NCBI GenBank assembly: GCA_964355955.1
Contig: CAYHFQ010000001.1
Coordinates: 103,419 to 167,418 of the forward strand
Source: an uncultured Gammaproteobacteria bacterium
GTDB taxonomy: Bacteria; Patescibacteriota; Patescibacteriia; UBA9934
Direction: 5' to 3'
Length of the DNA: 64,000 nt
Part shown: positions 19,093-27,598 of the stretch, piece after piece
How the letters are laid out: the number at the start of each line of letters is the position of its first letter
Position numbering within the stretch: the first letter of the stretch is position 1
Translations under genes and position numbers: made by a program
The notes under the pieces: model-generated
The model's input: the letters and a program-made list of their open reading frames with translations, nothing else
Told to the model about the DNA's origin: nothing
Databases searched by the model: none

Positions 19093-20481
19093 ATGAATGC
19101 TAAACGTCTTGCCTCGGGCTTACTTTTATCCAGCCTCCTACTAACATTAGGTATCGGTTGTAGTGGCAAAGACGCGGCCAGCAGTATGCCGGAGGTAAAA
19201 CTTACTTATTGGCGTACTTTTGATAATAGCGACACCATGAGCGACATCATTACCGCCTACACTACACTCCATCCGAACGTCAGTATTGACTACAAAAAAT
19301 TGCGCAGTGACGAATACGATAATGCTCTTTTGCGTGCCTTTGCCGACGGTGCTGGCCCCGATATATTCTCCGTCCACAATAGCGCCATTGGCCAATACCA
19401 AAGCCTCCTTCTCCCTGAACCGGCCACTACCACCATTCCTTACGCTGAAATTCAAGGCACACTCCGCAAGCAAACTGTGGTCATTACTAAGGTTTTGCCG
19501 ACTGTCAGTATTAAGACGCTCAAGAGTGACTTTGTCGACACTGTAGCTGAGGACGTTATTTTCCCTTATCAGCCAGATCCTAAAGTTGCGGCTGAGGACC
19601 GGATTTATGGTTTGCCTTTGTCTGTCGACAGCCTTGCTCTGTATGCTAACAAAGATTTATTAAATGCGGTTAATATTCCTGCGGCTCCAGTTAACTGGCA
19701 AGAATTTCATGATGACGTTGTAAAACTCACAAAACTCGACAGTACTGGCAAAATTATCCAGTCTGGGGCTGGTTTTGGTACCAGTAAAAATGTTAATCGG
19801 GCGGTGGATATTCTTTCTGTGCTCATGATGCAGAACGGGGCCAACATGATTGACGACCGTGGCCGGGTGGCTTTCCAGACTGTACCAACTGGTACCGCTC
19901 AAGGACTTTTCCCAAGTCTTGATGCCACTACTTTCTATACCGACTTTGCTAACCCAACTAAGGATGCTTACACTTGGAACGAATCTTTCCCGTCATCTTT
20001 TGATGCCTTCACGGCTGGCCAAACTGCTTTTTATCTTGGCTACAGCTATGATTTGCCGCTTATTCGGACCGCGGCTCCAAAATTAAACTTCACCATTAAT
20101 AATCTGCCACAAATTCAGAATGGGCGGGAAGTGAATTATCCAAACTACTGGGTGGAAGGTGTTTCGAAAGATACCGAGAATGCCGATTGGGCCTGGGATT
20201 TTATTAATTTTGCCACCCGCAAAGAAAATGTCACCTCCTATTTAACCAAAGCTCAAAAGCCAACCGCTCTCCGTTCACTCATTAGCACTCAACTTGATAG
20301 CGAAGACCTAGGCGTCTTTGCTTCTCAACTTTTACTGGCTAAAAGCTGGTACCACGGTAAGGATACAGCCGCTATGGAAAAGGCTATGAACTCCTTCATC
20401 GACGCTATTCTCCTCGGTACCACGGATCCAACCTCTGCTATCGAGACCACCGCCCGTGTTGTCTCACAAACTTACGACTAG
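19093..20481 (+). CDS. Extracellular solute-binding lipoprotein (sugar ABC SBP family)
   Basis: Lipobox LGIGC; GPDIF, IYGLPLSVDSLALYANKDLL and AWDFINF motifs. Confidence 0.85.
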   Translation: MNAKRLASGLLLSSLLLTLGIGCSGKDAASSMPEVKLTYWRTFDNSDTMSDIITAYTTLHPNVSIDYKKLRSDEYDNALLRAFADGAGPDIFSVHNSAIGQYQSLLLPEPATTTIPYAEIQGTLRKQTVVITKVLPTVSIKTLKSDFVDTVAEDVIFPYQPDPKVAAEDRIYGLPLSVDSLALYANKDLLNAVNIPAAPVNWQEFHDDVVKLTKLDSTGKIIQSGAGFGTSKNVNRAVDILSVLMMQNGANMIDDRGRVAFQTVPTGTAQGLFPSLDATTFYTDFANPTKDAYTWNESFPSSFDAFTAGQTAFYLGYSYDLPLIRTAAPKLNFTINNLPQIQNGREVNYPNYWVEGVSKDTENADWAWDFINFATRKENVTSYLTKAQKPTALRSLISTQLDSEDLGVFASQLLLAKSWYHGKDTAAMEKAMNSFIDAILLGTTDPTSAIETTARVVSQTYD

Positions 20482-20487
20482 GTAACT

Positions 20488-20533
20488 AAAAATTCACGTC
20501 TCGGCCGCACCCAGCGTCCGGGACGTGAATTTT
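20488..20533. terminator. Hairpin/terminator after the SBP gene
   Basis: AAAATTCACGTCTCGG...CCGGGACGTGAATTTT inverted repeat. Confidence 0.6.
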
Positions 20534-20558
20534 TATTTCTGGTATACTTCCTACCAGT

Positions 20559-21089
20559 ATGATTGCCATTCGCAAATCTCTCCTCGCTTTAATCCTCGGC
20601 TTTACCTTGGCTACCGGCTTGTTCGGCTTCACGCCACCGGCTAAAGCCATCACTATCGATGGCGAATACACTAAGATCACCCAACTCGGCCTCATCTTCG
20701 CCAACGTCTGCTCCGTAGCTAGACCAGATAACGGCACCGATCCTTGTGCTTGTCGCGGCCAAGGACTCTGCACTGTGGATAACATTCTGCAAGTCATTGT
20801 CAACGTTAGCTACCTCATTCTCGCCCTCAGCGGTTCAGCTGCCCTAATCGCTCTCGTCTACGGCGGCCTCGAATGGGTCATTTCCGCCGGTAATCCCGAA
20901 CGTGTTAAACGCGGCAAAGATGCTTTGAGCGGCGCCGCCATTGGTCTTGCCATCGTCTTTGGTGCTTATGTCGCCATCAACCTCCTCATCAGCGTTCTAA
21001 ATAGCGGCAATATACCCACCACTAACCTCGAAACAACCATCGGTAACGGCGCAGATCAAACTATCACTACTGATACTTCAACACCCTAA
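20559..21089 (+). CDS. VirB2/TrbC-like (T4SS-type) pilin 1, Cys-containing variable region
   Basis: Signal peptide, then two TM helices with YGG.EWVISAGN.ERV.RGK..L..A.IGL.I motif. Confidence 0.8.
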   Translation: MIAIRKSLLALILGFTLATGLFGFTPPAKAITIDGEYTKITQLGLIFANVCSVARPDNGTDPCACRGQGLCTVDNILQVIVNVSYLILALSGSAALIALVYGGLEWVISAGNPERVKRGKDALSGAAIGLAIVFGAYVAINLLISVLNSGNIPTTNLETTIGNGADQTITTDTSTP

Positions 21090-21090
21090 T

Positions 21091-21474
21091 ATGATTACCA
21101 GACATCAAGCTAAACGTGGCGCCATCATTGTTGCGTACTCTCTAGTCCTACTATTGCCTCTCATTCCAGGTCTGGTTCGTGCTGAAGATACAACCACCGT
21201 CACTCTCTACAACCCACTCGGTATAACCGACGTTCGCGTCATCATTGGTCGCGTCATTAAAGGCATTCTAGGCATTGTTGGATCCCTCGCTTTCGTCATG
21301 TTCATCTACGGTGGCGTACTCTGGATGACGAGTGCTGGTAACGCCGATCGTGTAAAAAAAGGTCAAAGCATCTTGGTCTGGACGGTCCTAGGTCTCGGTG
21401 TAATTTTCTCTAGTTACGCCGCCGTCAACGCTATTCTCAACTCTATCACCACCGGCAGCGTCACAGGAACATAA
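21091..21474 (+). CDS. VirB2/TrbC-like pilin 2
   Basis: YGGVLWMTSAGNADRVKKGQSILVWTVLGL. Confidence 0.8.
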   Translation: MITRHQAKRGAIIVAYSLVLLLPLIPGLVRAEDTTTVTLYNPLGITDVRVIIGRVIKGILGIVGSLAFVMFIYGGVLWMTSAGNADRVKKGQSILVWTVLGLGVIFSSYAAVNAILNSITTGSVTGT

Positions 21475-21518
21475 CAATGTGCTATAATTAAATTATACAT
21501 TCACCTTAACATTTTACT

Positions 21519-21926
21519 ATGTCGAAAGTCTTCTCACGTCTCGTCATGGGACTTGGTCTCGCTACACTTCTCGTGTTGCCACTCGGCCTCTCCCACATCG
21601 GCTTTGTCCACGTTGCTCACGCCCAACAATTACAAACTAGCGATTTGCTTACCACCGGCTTCGGCGATACCGCTGGCCTTGGTCAAGCAGACTTAAAGAC
21701 GACTATTGGCAACCTCATCCGCGTCATGCTCGGTTTCCTCGGTGTCGTCGCAGTCATCATCATTCTCCTTGGTGGTTTCAAATGGATGACCGCTGGTGGC
21801 AACGACGAGAAAGTGCAAGAAGCTAAGAACCTCATCATCGCTGGTATCATCGGCTTGGCCATCATTCTCTCCGCCTTTGCCATCGCTAGCTTCGTCATCA
21901 GCTCCATCATCGGCGCCACACAGTAA
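21519..21926 (+). CDS. VirB2/TrbC-like pilin 3
   Basis: LGFLGVVAVIIILLGGFKWMTAGGNDEKVQEAKNLIIAGIIGL. Confidence 0.8.
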   Translation: MSKVFSRLVMGLGLATLLVLPLGLSHIGFVHVAHAQQLQTSDLLTTGFGDTAGLGQADLKTTIGNLIRVMLGFLGVVAVIIILLGGFKWMTAGGNDEKVQEAKNLIIAGIIGLAIILSAFAIASFVISSIIGATQ

Positions 21927-21990
21927 ACCTCAATTTCATTTAGATTCTCGAATGACGGTCGGGCTGCAGTTGGTCTGCAACCTCTCCGCT

Positions 21991-22383
21991 ATGCGAAAAT
22001 TCTTCCTCGCCAGTTTACTGGCTGTTTCTTTGTTAGTGCCTCAGCTTACTTTAGCCGCCGACTCAGCTGCTACTAGCTATGGCTTAGAGTCGAGCGGTGG
22101 TGCCGCTGGTCTTCTCACGAATTCCGCAGAAAATACCAATATTACTACCTTTATCGGCTCGTTCATCATCAAGCCTATTCTCGGCTTGGTCGGACTTGGC
22201 TTCTTCATTCTCATGATCTACGGCGGCGTCCTCTGGATGGCTGCTGGCGGCAACGAAACTATCGTCAAAAAAGCCCAAAGCATCCTCACTAGCGCAGTTA
22301 TTGGTGCCATTATTATCATTGCCGCTTACGCCCTCACCAATGCCGTGCTCAACGCTATCACCGCTGGCAATATCTCTGGTTAA
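21991..22383 (+). CDS. VirB2/TrbC-like pilin 4
   Basis: Start MRKFFL at 21991; YGGVLWMAAGGNETIVKKAQSILTSAVIG. Confidence 0.8.
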   Translation: MRKFFLASLLAVSLLVPQLTLAADSAATSYGLESSGGAAGLLTNSAENTNITTFIGSFIIKPILGLVGLGFFILMIYGGVLWMAAGGNETIVKKAQSILTSAVIGAIIIIAAYALTNAVLNAITAGNISG

Positions 22384-22392
22384 ACGCTCAGT

Positions 22393-22809
22393 ATGAAAAA
22401 AATTGCCTACGCTTTTCTAGCCAGTCTACTTCTCCTTCCATCCTTCACTTTCGCTGCTGATCCGCCAGCCACACCATCAACCACCAATAGCTCTATTTAC
22501 AGTTCTGGCCTCAACACCGGCGCTAACGCTGCCTACGACAATGCTCTACCTAACGCGGATCTCCTCGGCGTCATTACCCTTCTCATCAAAGCCGTGCTCG
22601 GTCTTCTCGGTGTCGTCTTCCTCGTGCTCATCATCTACGCTGGCATTCTCTGGCTAACTGCTGCCGGCAACGAAGACCGTGTCAAAAAAGCTCAGGGTAT
22701 TCTCAAGAACGCAGTTATCGGTATCTTCATCGTCATAACTGCTTACGCTATCAGTTATTTCATCCTAACAAATATTTCCAATTCCATGACACAAATTTAT
22801 AGCCCATAA
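22393..22809 (+). CDS. VirB2/TrbC-like pilin 5
   Basis: YAGILWLTAAGNEDRVKKAQGILKNAVIG. Confidence 0.8.
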   Translation: MKKIAYAFLASLLLLPSFTFAADPPATPSTTNSSIYSSGLNTGANAAYDNALPNADLLGVITLLIKAVLGLLGVVFLVLIIYAGILWLTAAGNEDRVKKAQGILKNAVIGIFIVITAYAISYFILTNISNSMTQIYSP

Positions 22810-22876
22810 GTACCACTTATCGTCCCTCACACTTCATGTTATAATGCTACTGTCTTAAAAATTTTAACCCTTCGCT

Positions 22877-23266
22877 ATGAAGTTAAAGAACATTCTCGTG
22901 GCTGCGGCGCTCTTCGCCCTGCCCTTCGCTCCAATGCTAGTTACCACAACGCACGCTGCCGGTATCGACGTCACAACGAAGCTTGGCACTGTTGGTAGTG
23001 GAGCTGGTTACTCAGCTCAAACTGCCGACTCACTCACTAATACCATCGGCGTACTTATCCAAACTCTTCTCGGTTTCCTCGGTGTCGTCTTCCTCATCCT
23101 TATCATCTACGCTGGTCTTCTTTGGATGACTGCCGCTGGTAACGAAGATAAAGTTAAGAAAGCCCAGGGCATTCTCATGAGCTCCGTCATTGGCCTCATC
23201 ATCTTGCTCTCCGCTTACGCTATCAGCTACTTCGTCATCAGCAACATTCAAAGCTCCATTCAGTAA
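22877..23266 (+). CDS. VirB2/TrbC-like pilin 6
   Basis: YAGLLWMTAAGNEDKVKKAQGILMSSVIGL. Confidence 0.8.
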   Translation: MKLKNILVAAALFALPFAPMLVTTTHAAGIDVTTKLGTVGSGAGYSAQTADSLTNTIGVLIQTLLGFLGVVFLILIIYAGLLWMTAAGNEDKVKKAQGILMSSVIGLIILLSAYAISYFVISNIQSSIQ

Positions 23267-23280
23267 ACTCACTTACACAC

Positions 23281-23304
23281 AAAAAGAGCCTGCGGGCTCT
23301 TTTT
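23281..23304 (+). terminator. Terminator of the pilin array
   Basis: AAAAAGAGCC-TGCG-GGCTCTTTTT. Confidence 0.75.
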
Positions 23305-23377
23305 CGTTGTAAACAAAAAGTGGCCCCGGGAAGTAAATCCCGGGCGCCACGTCTGCCGTACGGTTCTTGCTACTTCA

Positions 23378-23887
23378 TCAACGGCAGGAGATGAAGGAGA
23401 TGCTGCGACTGTTCGGATTGGTCGTGGCCGAGTAGCAGGTCGTCGGCAACTTGGTCGCCTTGATGACGATGGCCAGACCGTTCTCTATCACCGGTGGGAT
23501 GCCGGCGTTGTCGTAGTGGTCGCCATAGGCAGTGATGGCTTCTTGCCCATCCGTGACGCCCACATAGTACTTGTCGCCATAGTGGTCGGAGACCAGTACG
23601 GACGTCATCCGGCCGTTGATCCGCGCCACGATCGGCACCGGTGCCCCGTGGTCCATCTTGAAGACGGTCACGGTATCACACCCGGTGTAGTGCGGTACGA
23701 CCATCCTCACCTCCTTCGGCACCCGCAACATGAAGATGCTAGGGCCGAGCTTGGAGAAGTCAGATGGCTCGACCTGCAAGAGACGGCAGGACCTCTGCTC
23801 GATCGCGATCTGCTGCGTCGGCGACAAGCCGCTGAACTCAGAGGCCTTGATACCACCGACGAGGAACAGAACAAGGGAAAGAATCAT
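23378..23887 (-). CDS. GC-rich orphan, probably secreted
   Basis: Starts MILSLVLFLVGG after a GGAG SD; GC-rich codons; followed by a hairpin at about 23320-23350. Confidence 0.65.
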   Translation of the reverse strand: MILSLVLFLVGGIKASEFSGLSPTQQIAIEQRSCRLLQVEPSDFSKLGPSIFMLRVPKEVRMVVPHYTGCDTVTVFKMDHGAPVPIVARINGRMTSVLVSDHYGDKYYVGVTDGQEAITAYGDHYDNAGIPPVIENGLAIVIKATKLPTTCYSATTNPNSRSISFISCR

Positions 23888-24010
23888 CGTAGACTCCATG
23901 GCACTCGGCCAACGGTTGTGAATGGAAGTTATTTTTGCTCGGCTCCTCTCTACCCGTTAAGGGAAAGGACCAAACGCGATGCGCGGGGTGGGCTAGTCCC
24001 CCTTTCTGCC

Positions 24011-24643
24011 CTACTCGACGTTGTCGTCTACAATCTTGGGCGGCGGTGCCGGCTTGTCCTGGGTCTTGACCCCCGTGGACTTGCCGCTCTGCTCGCCCTG
24101 ATTGTTGAGCATCTGCTCCGCCTGGTCCATGGCGTCGAGTGCCTGGGCCGTGCTCAGGTGGCCGATGCCGCCGTAGTAGCCACCGATGCCGTCCGGCCAA
24201 CGGTTGACGCTATTCGCCTGCGCCTCACCGACCGGATCGGACACCCGCTTGATGACGTCGCCGTCGATCGAACAGGTGACGTTGCCGTCGCCCTCCAAGC
24301 TCTTGAAGCAGGTCTTGTAGGCTTCGAGGTGCGCCTCAACCTCCAGCTCGTGCTTCTTCTGATCGAACGTCTGTTCGTTCAGCGCCAGCAACTGGTCGGT
24401 CTCGGCCTGGGTGACCTGGACGTTCGCCAACGTGGTCTTCACGTTGTTGTCCGTCAGAGCGGTCAGGGCCTTGACCCCAATGCAGACCGTCCGCGGGGTC
24501 GTCGCTCCGTTCACTCCGTCCACCACCAACTTGGTGTGGCCGAAGGGCGGGCAGTCGATGTCCGAGTGGACGTTGATGTTGGCGTCCACGAGGGTGATGG
24601 GCTCGGCCGCGAGGGCCAGGGAAAGTGCGAGTGAAAGGATCAT
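24011..24643 (-). CDS. GC-rich orphan, secreted (signal peptide, four Cys, coiled coil)
   Basis: MILSLALSLALAAEP signal peptide; strongly G/C-ending codons. Confidence 0.7.
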   Translation of the reverse strand: MILSLALSLALAAEPITLVDANINVHSDIDCPPFGHTKLVVDGVNGATTPRTVCIGVKALTALTDNNVKTTLANVQVTQAETDQLLALNEQTFDQKKHELEVEAHLEAYKTCFKSLEGDGNVTCSIDGDVIKRVSDPVGEAQANSVNRWPDGIGGYYGGIGHLSTAQALDAMDQAEQMLNNQGEQSGKSTGVKTQDKPAPPPKIVDDNVE

Positions 24644-24732
24644 TACAGTCTCTTGGTGAATGGCCAAAGCGGCCAGTTGGTGAGGTATCGCCGCCTATTT
24701 CCTCGGGAATCGAGGCTTTTGACGGACCTAGT

Positions 24733-24761
24733 AATATAGCAAAAAAACTGCCTTTTGTCAA
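24733..24761 (-). promoter_or_regulatory. Near-consensus sigma70 promoter
   Basis: TTGACA-17 nt-TATATT with extended TG. Confidence 0.75.
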
Positions 24762-24816
24762 TCACTCACCAACTTTCTTGGCTCTAATTAGCCACAATTT
24801 AGCACTTAATCTGAAG

Positions 24817-24850
24817 CTCTCCCCCAGCCATGGGGAAGTTGGAGGGGGCT
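24817..24850 (-). repeat. Palindromic element family E, intergenic copy (opposite orientation)
   Basis: Reverse complement AGCCCCCTCCAACTTCCCCATGGCTGGGGGAGAG matches 31472-31505 at 32/34 positions. Confidence 0.9.
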
Positions 24851-24878
24851 TTTAGTAACTTCGCAAAGTCAAAACAGC

Positions 24879-24907
24879 TGGACAAAAACCCAAAAATATG
24901 CTAAATT
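24879..24907 (+). promoter_or_regulatory. Probable sigma70 promoter
   Basis: TGGACA-17 nt-TAAATT with extended TG, upstream of 25038. Confidence 0.6.
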
Positions 24908-25037
24908 TCCCGGTCAGCAAACTGCAAATTTGCTGCCGTTTCCCCGTTTTTTCACAACGACGAACCCATTCCGGGCCCACCGTCTTCAAGTTAGTTAACG
25001 TCCACAACGCCCTCCAAAGGGCATTACAGGAGCCATC

Positions 25038-27119
25038 ATGGCCGCCAAATTTGACGAACTCTCCCGCGACATCGACCTCAACCTCAACCAGAGGGGGTTC
25101 GACTCCACTCTGCACAGCATCAAGAACAAGGAGGGTAACCTCGTCCTCGACGCCATCGGCGAAACTGCCGTGGAAAACGTCATGCATGAGGTGGCCACTT
25201 CCCTCGACGCAACCGAGATCATCAAGCTCGGAACCGTCACGGACCTCCTCCTGGCGCTCATTTTGGCTCTGCCTGACGTCAGCCGCAAGTACCTGGCCAA
25301 CTTGCTCGCCAAGCAGGTGAAGAAGGTCCTGAGCGACAAGTCCCTCGTCTCCGACGTGACGGCTGCTATGCTGATCGAAGCCCTGGATCAGGGTAACGCC
25401 ATGGTCATGACCATCCTCGACAACGCTGGTCTGCAGCCCGAGGACATGCGGGCCGCGTTGCTCGACAAGTTCAGCGTGGACATCAAGGAACTCAAGGTCT
25501 GGTTGGCCGGCAAGCTCCCCGCCATCATCGGCGGTCACAGCAGCGGCGGAACCGACCCAGGTCACGACACCAGCCACGGCCCCACCGCGGTTGCCGTCGC
25601 CGCCCCGGTCCTCAACCGCCACCGGGCACAGTTGAATGGCCGCTTGGACATCATGAAGGGTTGGGATAGCCCTGTGCAGGACCTGCTGACCGCCCTGCAA
25701 AATGGTGCAGCTATCGAGGCCCATGGTGACCCGAGCAAGCTTGATGGTACGCCCCTGCCCAAAGACCAACGTCAATGGCTCGGTCTCGCTCATGGCTTCG
25801 TCAAGGGAATCGAGATCATGGTGGAAGATGACGGAGCCCGTGCGACCCTAAAAGCGTCGCTCGAGCAGCTCATCGCCAAGGGCGTGACCAAGGAAGAGTT
25901 GAGTGCCAACCCGCTCGACAAAGCCGGTCACTTCATCCACGGCGTGGTGAAAATCGGTCACAGTGACAAAATGACCGCCATCCTTGACCGGGCGGACGAA
26001 GCCATCGACCTGACAGAGGCCAGGGCTCACCTGCGCCGCTTCATGGGTAAGGACAAACCCACTGTCATCATCGACGTCCCGGAGAAAGACGCCGACGGTA
26101 ATGTAATCGTCCTGTCCAAGGAACAGCAGGTGGAGCGTAAGAAGGAAGCAGAAGAAAAGCGGCTGGCCAACCGCACCAAGTTCGAAGTTGTCACTGAAGA
26201 GGCAGAGGCTTGGAGCAGGTGGGGTCTCAAAAAGATCAAGCAGGCAGTCGGCATCTACGTTGGCAGTGCTGTGACCATCTGCCTGGTCGCCACCGTCGAT
26301 ACCTTCCAGACCCATCTCCTGGAAGGCTGGCTCGCCATTGCGCACAACGTGGTGTTGGGTCTGGCCGTCTGCGGCCTGTTCACGAGTTCCATCGTGTTGA
26401 TCATCGCCCGTCTCGGGCTCTCGGTTCTCGACGCACCGCTGAAGGTCATCGCCAAGTTCATCAAGACGATACCCGGCCAGGAAGACTTCACGTTTGAGGA
26501 TGCCCCCATCTTCAAGCAGGCCAACCTCATCACCATCGTCGTCTTCGGGCTCGGGGTGCTGTTCACGGTTATCGCCATCTTCTGCGCCGTGGGCGGAGGT
26601 TCCGTCATGCTGCCCATCCTGGCCATCCTCGGAGTCTTCTCCTTGGGTGCTTGGGGCGAGCTACAGAAACGTTTCTTCCATGCCAAGTGGTCGGGGCACG
26701 CTCCGGCTGCTGGTCATGATGCTCATCCGACAGCTCCGGCTGGAGGCGGACACGCTCATGATCCTGGTGAGGAGCGCAAGCTCCAGAAGGCAGAGGTCAA
26801 CTTCCTCACCGGACTCAAGGTGTTCTACGTCTTGATGGCTGTGTTCTTCGGAACTCTGATCATCACCGGTGTAGTGACTGCGGGTTACCGCTACCACCAA
26901 ACAAGTCTGGATAAGGCAGCAGCCGCCGAAGTCACAGTCACCACGGAGCGCACCGCGGACTGCGCCGAGGTCACGGCCACTCTGACCAAGTGGGCCGGCG
27001 TGTGGAACGTCAAGAACAACTACCCGGATGAAGGGAGTCGGTTCAGCCACATGTGCGAAGAGACACAGAGCGAGAAGATCGGAACCGCTTGCGCCAAGCA
27101 GGCCTCTCTCTGCCGCTAG
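25038..27119 (+). CDS. GC-rich orphan multi-pass membrane protein
   Basis: 693-aa ORF with an AGGAG SD, about 5 TM segments, His/Gly-rich linkers and a four-Cys C-terminus. Confidence 0.8.
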   Translation: MAAKFDELSRDIDLNLNQRGFDSTLHSIKNKEGNLVLDAIGETAVENVMHEVATSLDATEIIKLGTVTDLLLALILALPDVSRKYLANLLAKQVKKVLSDKSLVSDVTAAMLIEALDQGNAMVMTILDNAGLQPEDMRAALLDKFSVDIKELKVWLAGKLPAIIGGHSSGGTDPGHDTSHGPTAVAVAAPVLNRHRAQLNGRLDIMKGWDSPVQDLLTALQNGAAIEAHGDPSKLDGTPLPKDQRQWLGLAHGFVKGIEIMVEDDGARATLKASLEQLIAKGVTKEELSANPLDKAGHFIHGVVKIGHSDKMTAILDRADEAIDLTEARAHLRRFMGKDKPTVIIDVPEKDADGNVIVLSKEQQVERKKEAEEKRLANRTKFEVVTEEAEAWSRWGLKKIKQAVGIYVGSAVTICLVATVDTFQTHLLEGWLAIAHNVVLGLAVCGLFTSSIVLIIARLGLSVLDAPLKVIAKFIKTIPGQEDFTFEDAPIFKQANLITIVVFGLGVLFTVIAIFCAVGGGSVMLPILAILGVFSLGAWGELQKRFFHAKWSGHAPAAGHDAHPTAPAGGGHAHDPGEERKLQKAEVNFLTGLKVFYVLMAVFFGTLIITGVVTAGYRYHQTSLDKAAAAEVTVTTERTADCAEVTATLTKWAGVWNVKNNYPDEGSRFSHMCEETQSEKIGTACAKQASLCR

Positions 27120-27175
27120 ATTAGCCCGGCAGAATCAACCATCAACAATTAACCCAAAAGGGGAACACTACTCGT

Positions 27176-27244
27176 GAGAGCGGTGAGCATATAGTCTTCC
27201 ATAGTGGAATATGAACTGTATGTCTCATCGCTCTCTTCTTTTTG
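27176..27244 (+). terminator. Long hairpin followed by T tract
   Basis: GAGAGCGGTGAG...CTCATCGCTCTC then TTCTTTTTT. Confidence 0.6.
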
Positions 27245-27251
27245 TGGTTTT

Positions 27252-27536
27252 TTAGTCGTCCTTTGTGGCTGGATGTTCAGTATTAATTTGAGCCTCATGA
27301 AATTGTTTGATGAGAGCTAGATAGTTAGTGTAAGTTATTTGCTCGATGTGACCAGTGACGGCAATATCACGAGCGAAGAGAGCAGAAAAGTGGTCAGGAC
27401 CACAGGAGGCTTCGATGGAATATTGCTGACCAGCAATAAGGCCATCGCCGAGGATGGGCGCGACGGGGAAACCGAGGGTAATGAGTTGGCGATGAAAGGA
27501 GGTGAAGAGTTCGTTGTTGATGGTGATGGTAGTCAT
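27252..27536 (-). CDS. Hypothetical protein
   Basis: 94-aa ORF filling an otherwise empty gap, with codon style like other minus-strand genes. Confidence 0.55.
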   Translation of the reverse strand: MTTITINNELFTSFHRQLITLGFPVAPILGDGLIAGQQYSIEASCGPDHFSALFARDIAVTGHIEQITYTNYLALIKQFHEAQINTEHPATKDD

Positions 27537-27598
27537 ACTTAGAGATCATGGCATGAAGCGTGGGAAAAAGCGAGAGAGTATGAGACAATGGATAAAGT

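Noticed and set aside
20559-23266. Diversity-generating retroelement or type IV (class III signal) pilins
   Set aside because: No reverse transcriptase, no template/variable repeat pair differing only at adenines, and no G-F-x-x-x-E prepilin motif.
23516-24634. 372-aa plus-strand ORF
   Set aside because: Antisense shadow of two GC-rich minus-strand genes that have signal peptides and a promoter.
24852-25793. 313-aa minus-strand ORF
   Set aside because: Shadow of the 693-aa plus-strand gene; GC-rich codons keep the antisense frame open.
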